Shown piece after piece: positions 34,801 to 39,800 of a stretch of 64,000 bases of DNA. Where the stretch lies: the IMG/VR virus record IMGVR_UViG_3300032265_002598, positions 64,001 to 128,000 of that record; one strand, written 5' to 3'. The notes beneath the pieces are model-generated. The model made no database searches, was not told the origin of the DNA, and saw only the letters and a list, made by a program, of their open reading frames with translations. This DNA comes from a virus (taxonomy: Duplodnaviria > Caudoviricetes). Position numbers and translations under genes: made by a program. Each line of letters begins with the position of its first letter. The first letter of the stretch is position 1.

Positions 34801-36848
34801 CTTCAATTTTAAAATCCAAAGATGAAACAAATCAGAATATAACTAGTCTTGCAAAATACAATTCTTCTAGTGCTAACTCTGTTGGAAATAGCATTGGAGC
34901 AATTGGTCAGCAGGTTGTAATGAAGTCAAATGATAATATTAAACACGTTTCTAAAGGTGGTACAGTATATGCTGCTGAAGGTCAATTAATTAATTTCCAG
35001 CCTCATGGCACAGACACTATTCCTGCGATGCTAACTCCTGGAGAATTTGTTGTTAACGCTAGAGCAACACAACAGAATCTTCAATTATTACAGGCTATTA
35101 ATAAAAATAAAGGAGGAATGGTTTATGCTCAAGATGGTATATTAGTACCTAATTCTAGAGAGCTTCAACAATATGGGGATATAAAACAGGACACATTTGA
35201 CCCATCAAAAGCAACAACTCCTAGTTCTGATAAGCGAAAAGCTAAAAGAAGTGAGTATTTACAGAAACAAATAGAGAGAGAAGAAGCAAAAGAATTTAAT
35301 AAATTAGGAATTAACTATAATAATAGTACTACCATAGAAGATATACTAAAAGCTTTGAAAAAACAAAGAAATTACCAAGAAAAAAACGATTACTATCTAC
35401 GTCAATTTATTTCGGATGAATCATTAGGATTAAGACTAAAAAGATTTCCAAAAATTAGCAAAGCAATTGAAACTATAAAAGAACAATCGACTATAAATCC
35501 ATTCGATCCTCCAACAACAGATCCTCTTAATCCTGCCAAACCATCTACAGTTGATGAGCCAAAAGTATATTATAAAGGTGTCGAAACAAAAGCAAATGGA
35601 GGAATGATCTACGCTGCTGAAGGAAAATTAATCAATTTCCAGCCTCGTGGTACTGATACTGTTCCCGCTATGTTAACTCCTGGAGAGTTTGTTGTTAATC
35701 GTCAAGCCACCCAACAAAATCTCTCTTTACTAAAAACTATTAATAGTGGTAATTATAAGGAATCTTCTAAAGGATACTCTCATGGGGGAGTAATATATCT
35801 GGAAAAGGGTGCTCAAGTTCCCCCAGAGTTGCGGGGACTTGAAAATAGTGCTGTTGGTCAAATAATATTAAAAGTCAAAGCTCAAGCTGAAAGTTATCCT
35901 AATCTTTTTGAGGCTCTTGATGATAAAGCTATAAATCAAAATCTTAAAAAAGATGAATTAGTGACAAAGTACGAAGATGCTTGGAAAACTATGGATCCTA
36001 GTGCTAGATATTCATCGGCCCAACAACAATTTAAAACAGATAAAGCTAGAGTAGATTATTTAGAAGAAATATATACTAACAGTATGAATGCTTATGATAG
36101 TATTTTGAAAAGTACTCTATCTCCAAGAGCTAACTATATTAAAGTAAAAGATAAAAGTATAATAGAAATACTGCTTGGACAAAAAGTAGCTAAATTAGAA
36201 CACGATGTAATACATGAAACTTGGGTTGAATTATTCAAAAAGCATCCAGAATTTCGTAGTGGTCCTATTAATGCTGGAGCAACCCAGGCCGCTGGAACAG
36301 GTACTGTAGCAGGACAAACAACGGTAGCAGCAGCAGGAAAACAATATGGTGGTATGATTTATGCTAATCATGGTATGATGATTCCTTATATTCCAAGAGG
36401 TAGTGATACTGTTCCTGCTATGTTAACACCGGGCGAATTTGTTGTTAATAGAGCATCAACCCAGCAAAATCTACCTTTATTACAAGCTATTAACAATAAT
36501 CGATATAGTCGTGGCGGCAGTGTTAAGTATTTAGCTCATGGTGCAATGGCTGATGAGTCTGGTGCTGGTGGTGGTGTATCTAATGGTGGAGGCTCATCCT
36601 CACCCAATATGGATGGATTAAGCCAGTTTACGACAAAATTTGAAGAATTTATTGGCCAATTAAAAGCAATAAACTTACCACCAATTATTAATGTTATGGG
36701 TAATCATAAGGTTGAGGTAGTATTTAATGGAGCAGAAGTATTGAAACAACTCAGTGAAACAGCCATCAGTGATATGGTTGTTGCAGAAGTTGGTAGAGCT
36801 ATGGGTACTCTTAGTGATCAAACAGAAGGCGCTTTAGGGAGAAAATAA
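19809..36848 (+). CDS. Giant tail tape measure protein (5679 aa) with multiple inserted cargo domains
   Basis: TP901-type core (FDKQLTRIAQVTGES...LSQAGL...AVSAKFAVESSDIIAAIQRTGG), Ala/Gly-rich helical and hydrophobic segments, position after tube and chaperone genes, and nine TPGEFVV-type modules. Confidence 0.9.
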   Translation: MAKGFNLTAQINLQGPSNINVIVSNIKKQLGTISANVNLKIDPASAKTVASLNSSLNQLNLTLKATASSATNAADAVRDLLSAMNGVASVKLPSQAAQVSSSLNNVAASSASAQKALSASRTEIEEFGNQAGLAVRRFAAFSTVTSVIYGLTGAIRGGISDFIDFDKQLTRIAQVTGESKDGLGRLKGTITELSTGLGVTAKDLAGVSVTLSQAGLTARDTEKALRALALSALTASFDDMNQTVEGSIALMRQFKIGSNELEAALGSINAVSAKFAVESSDIIAAIQRTGGVFAAASRGVSEGKDALNEFIAVFTSVRATTRESAETIATGLRTIFTRLQRGDTIEALKEYGVNLTDLDGKFVGAYKAVQLLAEGLGQIDPRDLKFSKIVEELGGFRQIGKVIPLIQEFTTAQQALQVAQAGQGSLASDAAKGQLALAVQISKTKQEFLSLIRSIGDTDSFQKMVTVGLSLASALIKVADAAKGIIPLIGLFAAFKGASAIRQFSAGFGTGFGGGAAKQNNRPLGFATGGLVPGQGNSDSVSARLTPGEFVVRKSAVKAIGSNNLHRMNRYTTGGIVNQIGGVPGKTIVQNSKNQLVGFSPKDTYSISDGSENLIIKYDSKKQNYRARGKILDPSLVNRLFKNNFQSTVSWEEIVAKSYNGRLVNGKNDKFPIDIIAGNTLIDAKFRPEESYKPMDALGKALSYRLYKASGGRYNYENNGQQKLKLNSLVRNTLTENQDNIKDSGQIKFVYPEFQDIPTDLPGIKSNVTKRQAQLSSKRTSSMQRGYAQSSIDIFGGSTFSGNKTDINTLSPYDKKSRLFGGGSVRKFENAGLVTPTAGTAANASEILKVLTLPGAMAASGASAGDILKILKKKNVLTPKEQDIKNKILGAYTKKTSGIRLAENADIQKAITEGLLFGAAGFKGRAFPITPRMDIPGLKNAVKVRITSGVLDSEMSKKLLKKMTVGLNSVANKTSRNIMIKDILKQTGPLYADFDRTLAFGADKILGDPTKPKYSEFSDRSKVAGALRTANLSILGKAIASTVRKTPEFANNLNVISARPQSTMDLIAGWLASKGIPIPLNRIKGVGGPQVTPEQIASLKADLMNPEGAFVDDDPRNIAESERRGIRSYLYKKQNVGPTGRKKLGEANAKGYLAERVIHELGGPIANKAATNYGIDFPDGLKSAAKYFGIPSDIPTDAKLTLNGPAELKSQIGNYLKVRGYAGGGSVTADYYSLEKSSGLKSFEFDNAVKFAKTMNYSMSEFQTYLKKLQVEKQNKSGVKTDKDALRKSLISGTPTATSRQMSLAESLKGPADAGYRPILTEAQRVAAARADVRNATRGFASGGLVPGVGNQDTVPANLNVGDFVIRKKAVSTIGASNLSSLNKRASGGEISNTVPALLTPGEFVINRKTASSIGTATLNRLNYADKASKFNNGGPVGTVQEFAIGGAVQRLFFGGPSLPAKPSNPTEGNVQISTTVGDQLRGMVTALNDLGISSSKTAEIIKKGGQISYQAAIKAYSADIQKMRLNGASAIQVADAERKLRDIRADAAKNIETRKKLSGVGADQLQNIDTSAQFEKERLTNQKRNSLRKKGITGEAADKVLEGSAANIEKIAYQSAAKSQGVDLKGMGLNGQDMQKYIQRSMMDAKTLQQMNAQYLQTRKKDLEAVGHSAAEAHKIAQKEIKEREAILRDVAKSRGMADPTGKGSSEKLSQRMMMAGFMLPMIGSAASSLINPESSAASAATSAGIQGVTNTVGMGLGTMSMIPLEKLGKFGGILGMAAVAAAAVGQAMIDARNATIEFEKKMGQNKAEKALEEVGKTFEKLEKDIKNINLQKIIITKLAEASTNIKSSVEADVKRAKAYWTNLLDAYFGGAGTSQGNREAAERSKILEKGGVGKYFQATGFGQAMMGNVSGADAAASASRSAQIRGYAPETAQQNAKIFADTASQINRLIEQKFKGGESLESILTSITDASQPEFQQFAEVLAKSNAVIGQQILYIESDIHLKADQKKAQIEAIQATYAEAEARRIYGVVARQKEIKSLEQSTGLFSRSLERMYQNMEQSINRTIFTLDKMSKELDLVVSSFKGEATVGQGSLDSINMLQNPRAYSKNDRESARDQASSFFSGNRDLVKGLLNAGDNLEQVIMTTLSNTFRDNPAANNEQIGIAIERNVKDQLANLSLPSDVGDKLAAEVQKALGDLRKEDNSKVDFAQLAEKIPQLSKVIESAKRAQEVAIKALENWQNALNNYSTRTNQLVDLQVDTNNRLRKSTQILADSQIDLAKSLGQEIGVSDTRRVAESKTGQLTGGLISPKDITDNILNLEGNRRAQETGSNIARNRGASGVDDFMNMQKGLKDTNTALRENYEALKNLADNSDVASAALGKIQEAQQKNQGRVSFIEKLVTSTPDEMDGLGKALGRLQTNMNGQVNTIQRSQGAQQAYYEALQNGASGFEAMRAAQTAFANERKETLGALNDIMPFLGNNKQSNNIKANVLEGMLKESGQGVSPIMQQVLTTLRNPQADPETQAAMAQYQQATNLQSEANRQLAMLNTNLAGQIADASAKALKDALTGTALTFQNAELTNIRDDVAIIKNLIGAGTTTPTTKASGGVIYAAAGMGIDFSPKGTDTVPAMLTPGEFVVNRAATQRNLPLLRSINSQKHSSGGPVRYYAGGGYVSSIMKDQTDLRGEGLKVTDKNYLDPDSEDFKNLVSDKSPTVFSGWKNYTRSQASGEGRKEGDNIYAPARWWYGIAGMGPGEIAFNNRGALLAGAAPKIEVTPDGYFQYTATQPTTVDPINQVQPMGLLMSKGVIGTRPIRQDQIIKYKEKILAIKRNMGAQAWGDDPSDFDIGSLEDINGVQGKSGGPGKEYDPNISIGKNIGIIISPNKNRPIITPVFPSEETTDIQKVWLEMTTAASLVPTGYYGTIVSPHAVETGGTLRTDNSETVPGANNSNAGQDIRDKGLKIDLLSTPRTSVVPNAAMATVEANWVRAKADIDAKINSQRINTTFYKDTLASVEADNFKFVRTKVNNRLDQLQKQLQNLYENRSLVEDIGPSKEFLDLEPLNAPDPIVDLHVLSATKNNELRQKIKELQAISPTIREDKGWRGLNVGTIGAAFGEKWMDGNAIDIQDEMAAGPLKEFPWIANLDPTILLANLAADIRRKQEDLASGKEYGFNVSQITHSVNEKLPAPLDQYSLKHTEQYLKYTGPLWNPDDPNADPSGFLTDNPLKDYFVVKPSPAKEDMFQYAGEAFKNQRNFASKNKPFDLSDLISKLQPAQTQTIADYIKNPTDPQLTTDLKNIAVGVNPSLITAKTVGVSKPIGLEGFDLFSQEDNTPINLNIGSYLTHAIEELAQEQKRKALGVTGEIDNAKGLSIGIADTDKQKASVNLTRGALNVFGRSKIPGFANGWLARYIGRMPSILGMAKNNNIVKSGTSYIANVFNEAGAYASKLFQMARNPQQYNALKEAYVMISGATSAFNGLSNGDTRFLKLLQDQGDYSALFRSLGASSSFQKAANNELTADYQAQLGQELKGSKIRKVGADGSLSYADFNNSVPKTYQDLVDTALNPYNEFTSPSIRKGLINTLIADISNGKDSLGMPFFDKRTLDYINNNLRTLQSWYGGDGNAWPGQDSFYDETLDAKIRTDSVINALNNNAAGGLLDQANLANTQLGVATKFGNLPSAQWFEARKIAQPQFRATGGMIYASEGQMINFQPRGTDTVPAMLTPGEFVVNRQATQKNLPLLQSINNGNHYSKGGPVNYLSDGGEAAPFNAITGNRVKEKPEDKDSPLTKYKISSVLYPYVSYPFDERGYSQDLPPELKMLNTLGGYGGGIGYTNIFFDTDLAKSLRSIRSNKNNQYATSTAVNNSSAEFIKQFKFRDIDNNDKLTGFDFSSFLSDSDNILGLIDPDLGDGFAPKNLIAWKKAEDRVKARSSAKAVIANLTPDLENIKAVIQDQHPVDGSNNTNDRNSYGAQGQAAIAMRMLIYNVIETWKKDSIESIEGLGSDNAQVNSQQVAEDIYKGNKTPLTKKLVDWLDKKEGAKTLVEKAKELFPGRSPDDAPNDKFLASDFAQIGDLFRNAPKFIEALYKGETPLAKGKKHIFSLLSQGARVKGIEALIKARTLFSGSDQSVLGERTVYADPSRTPENTIGRDKLVYRNNPMGSVFGADRDQSGLTAAEKAKIEERLREHDWAGSLDNTGSSPSHAMRDPRFTTTVGNDLNWDKDGDGRVSKEEWLEKFSGMDNGGKRLFSKYDLNNNGFLELKEFTKFYNESKGTLGPENDAAAVDLGRSINERHANRVKPVDALKAMFEDKKIREALTTNAKYSITETFIPKNLKNISQNEIDEPKILKELQDKYSELYPKRTTIPDILNNELPLPKYIDDKFADLFADRAEFAPLGVLNNYHIEDLHKVIREPFHFTNKNTSRNLLLEKNFDFNKEPWKELVKPYEKSPYQLPFGFQSATQLLKSNADHWFDTTIFPENNWNNPRSWRDDKYSIGVIPYDPKSVQQGQWSIPPGQQVGNSVPPGQQAGTPASQAGTVPPGQPPTGTSGSTVPPNKPVENKLVGSTIRDKYYDELTYKEYLASLIKAEKAPEAPDKKLFTTPAFYTIGPDGQKVRDTAYDTRETQRRIGGGKPIDKDDINHAMVSTLANDIYNDYNNVQSHLGTFKNPRSDANVKDQSLSGIELGYGNLVNNLTKLSTLTNLSKMKNKPIMVGEAKNIPFSIDDVVDRLRVMREIYNNEILSKKKEKLGKINDSILDDFFSSTAKITETNNVPTPADGKPFSGKEVRTNRGIPGPIRMPVRGMTGVETQYKNSYNHYRRILGEYNYHQMVGRGKRYAQGHKTTTRVAKTLSSGGMVYASNGMLIPYAPKGTDTVPAMLTPGEFVVNRAATQANLPLLQSINKNKGGEISYYATGGMAAPDTASISYDIRQQEANTLNNQKTSMNSSKTLNAIIDTQKTTQNIQSSTQQFIPSVNSSFSSLFVESKNISKGVQGVRRDITNVDSSILKSKDETNQNITSLAKYNSSSANSVGNSIGAIGQQVVMKSNDNIKHVSKGGTVYAAEGQLINFQPHGTDTIPAMLTPGEFVVNARATQQNLQLLQAINKNKGGMVYAQDGILVPNSRELQQYGDIKQDTFDPSKATTPSSDKRKAKRSEYLQKQIEREEAKEFNKLGINYNNSTTIEDILKALKKQRNYQEKNDYYLRQFISDESLGLRLKRFPKISKAIETIKEQSTINPFDPPTTDPLNPAKPSTVDEPKVYYKGVETKANGGMIYAAEGKLINFQPRGTDTVPAMLTPGEFVVNRQATQQNLSLLKTINSGNYKESSKGYSHGGVIYLEKGAQVPPELRGLENSAVGQIILKVKAQAESYPNLFEALDDKAINQNLKKDELVTKYEDAWKTMDPSARYSSAQQQFKTDKARVDYLEEIYTNSMNAYDSILKSTLSPRANYIKVKDKSIIEILLGQKVAKLEHDVIHETWVELFKKHPEFRSGPINAGATQAAGTGTVAGQTTVAAAGKQYGGMIYANHGMMIPYIPRGSDTVPAMLTPGEFVVNRASTQQNLPLLQAINNNRYSRGGSVKYLAHGAMADESGAGGGVSNGGGSSSPNMDGLSQFTTKFEEFIGQLKAINLPPIINVMGNHKVEVVFNGAEVLKQLSETAISDMVVAEVGRAMGTLSDQTEGALGRK
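21759..21863 (+). other. PD-(D/E)xK-like nuclease motif 1 inside the TMP
   Basis: WEEIVAKSYNGRLVNGKNDKFPIDIIAGNTLIDAK gives the E...D...D-x-K arrangement. Confidence 0.45.
22770..23201 (+). other. HAD-superfamily phosphatase domain inside the TMP
   Basis: All four HAD motifs in order: I YADFDRTL, II VISAR, III LKA, IV FVDDD. Confidence 0.75.
23259..23405 (+). other. PD-(D/E)xK-like nuclease motif 2 inside the TMP
   Basis: GYLAERVIHE...YGIDFPDG...IPTDAK gives the E...D...D-x-K arrangement. Confidence 0.4.
32454..32600 (+). other. Paired EF-hand Ca2+-binding loops inside the TMP
   Basis: DKDGDGRVSKEE(W) and DLNNNGFLELKE(F) both fit the 12-residue EF-loop (D1, D/N3, D/N5, G6, hydrophobic 8, E12); the loops start 31 aa apart. 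Confidence 0.8.
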
Positions 36849-39800
36849 TGGCTGACACAACAATTTCGGGTACACTAAATGTTGGTTCTGGTACAACTCC
36901 GGATATAAAACTATCAGATACCGCTGGTATCTCTAGCTCTTTTAATATTAACAAATTAGATATTGACTTTAGTATTAAAGGAACGGGTAATGGTTTGATG
37001 TATTTCGATGCCTCAACAGGAAGAGTTGGTATCGGAACCGGTGTGCCTGACGCTGTTTTGCACGTTGTTGCTCCATGCGCCAAAGACGGATTGATTATTG
37101 AAAGTGTAACCAATTGTCCAACTGGCGTAACTCTATTGTTAGTTCATAACCCCCAAACTGCTCCAGTATCAGGTAGTTATCCTGCTATAATTAATCTTGC
37201 TGGTCGTGATACTAATTATAATAAAATAGCATATGGACAAATTGTGTCTAAAATACTAGATCCTATCACAGGATATACTAGTGGAGAAATTCTTTTTACA
37301 GTTGATAATCGTGGTACTAATACTCCAGTATTTAAAGCTAATGTAAAAAATATAGTATTGGGAGGTAATAATAGCGTATCTGGTTATTCATATACTGTTA
37401 TTGGCGGTAGTAATGCTGTAACAGGCGTAGGTATCACTAGTATTGGAGCTTACAATAGTGGACTATCTAATAGTGGTCTAATTATTGGAAATGCCAATAT
37501 TTTTAATGGCACTAAAATTGTTGCCTTAGTAAATAATTCTAAATTTGTTGGAGCCAATAATATTGCTATGGGAGATACTGTAGCTATTACTGGTTTATCT
37601 AATATTTTTATAGGCAACTCAAATCTCCTTAGCGGATCAAATAATATTTTGATGGGAGATAACAATTCTTTTAATGGAGATATGAGTATTGGTTTAACTC
37701 AATTATCTTCAAATACCGGGTCATCAGGCATTATTTTTGGAGCTTATGCTACTAATAGTGGAAATAATAATATATACATAGGTAATCTTAATAATTTGAT
37801 TGGTAATTCTAATAATGTTGTTGGCTCCCTAGTTTCTGTTACAGGAGACAGCAATAATATTTATGGCAGTTCTGATTCTATCTTAGGATCTAAATTAATT
37901 TCTATAGGATCAAATCAGTTTTTAAATACTGTAACTAGTGGTATTTTTATTGGTAATGATATGTCATTATCTAATTCTAATAAACTTTTATTTTTAGGTA
38001 TGGGCAATACCAATACAAAAGATGGTCTAGCAAAAAGCATTTTGATTGGTATCAACAATAATCTAAGTAATGGTACCCCAGATCAAATTTTATTGATTGG
38101 TCAATCAAATATTATACAAAACATTACAGGTTCTGTTGTACTAGGTAATACTAATAATGTTAGCGGGTCTGTTTCTAATAATTTAGTTATGGGTAATTCC
38201 AATGCTGTATCATTAATTAGCACAAATAATTTAGTTTTAGGAATATTAAACAATCAAACTGGTATTTATATTGATTCTGCTGGTAGTATAACAGGATCAG
38301 GTAAAAGACCAGCTGGAACTGTTATTAATTCTATAGTTGCTGGTATAAATAATGTAGTATATGCTGGAAATAGTCATATTGTAGTTGGTAATAAAAATGC
38401 TATATCGGGTTCTAGTAGTAATACTTTAGGATCATATAATAATCTTCAAAATAGTACAAATGCTTATAATATTGGTAATTCTAACTTTTTAGTAGGTAGT
38501 CAACTAGCTACAGTTGGTAGTAAAATTAATTTGATTGGTCAAGAATCAGTGGTATTCAACACATCCAATCAACAAATGAATGTTTTTGGTAGTGGTAACA
38601 TTGTTTTAGGATACAACCAAGTTGTTAATAATGGTATTGCTGTAGGTACTTCTAATAGATTAGATGGCTTAAATAATATTGTTTATGGTCGTAATAATAC
38701 ACTGGGATATACCAGAAATACATGCTTTATGACTGATGCTGGTGGCACTACTATTACTATTCCAACTAAAGGAATGTTAGCCCAGTATTTACAGGGAGAT
38801 AAAATATTAGTTTCTTTTCAGAATCCCCCATCAACATCTAACACTTTTGTAAGAACTATTTCGGCAATTGTAGAAGATACAATTGAGCCAAAAACCTATA
38901 TTACTCTTGATATTCCAGTGATTCTTGATTATGGAAATGGTTATTATTCTATAAATAATGCATTTGATGATAATAATAGTCCTTCAAATGTTGTTAGTGG
39001 GCTTATCATGCCATACCAAAGAATGGGTGGTGCTGGTGGAGCAGAACTTAATCCTGTATATGGATCTAATAATATTATTGTTGGATCTAATAATAGATAT
39101 CCTTTTACTAGTGGTTTAATTTTAGGCTATAATAACTATATGTCTGGTGTGAGAAATATAGCTATTGGATATGGTTTGACCGGAGTTGCAGATGATACTC
39201 TATATTTGGGTACTAATAATAGTAATAAGATGATTCTTGATAATTATAAGATTGTTTTTAATTCCGGTAAACTACAACAGAATCTTATTGTTAAGTCTGC
39301 TTCAGATTCTACTAGTGTTCTCAATGCTAATCTTAATAATAATAGAGTTGGCATTAATACAGATTCTCCAACATCTGATTTTTCTGTTAGTGGACTTTTA
39401 ACCACTACAGATTTTAAATTAGGATTTTCTTCTCCAGATGCTTATGTATTAACCAGTAATACTAATGGAGTTGGAACATGGCAGCTACCAGTTAGATTAT
39501 CTGGTACTAATGGAGGCATGTTATTTAAGATTACTGATAAAGGAGCAAGTGGTATTGCAGAAATTGGATATGATCCCAATAATAAACAATTAGGATTTAA
39601 TTTAGGTGGTAATAATGAACTCTATATTAATAGTACTGGTTTATTTCTAAATGATCAGGCTTTAGCTTATAAAGTAAGAATTCGCGGTAGTGGTGGTGTA
39701 GATTTTGCAAGAATATTATTTGATACTGACTATCCTAATCATAGAATTAATTTTTATAATATCGGCGGTAATTCTGGTAATTTCAATAATTTTACTTTAA

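Larger units (their letters stand above)
21384..36518 (+). repeat. Nine dispersed copies of the xxGG...GTDTVPAMLTPGEFVVN...xxGG module in the TMP
   Basis: Copies at 21384-21533, 23826-23975, 23961-24113, 27615-27794, 30876-31061, 34341-34511, 34947-35117, 35589-35789 and 36339-36518. The core is nearly invariant in copies 4-9, with mostly synonymous nucleotide differences. Confidence 0.95.

Noticed and set aside
14039-36848. Contractile injection system, tailocin or prophage
   Set aside because: No sheath, VgrG/PAAR, integrase or flanking host genes were seen; scale and gene content fit a large lytic-type phage.
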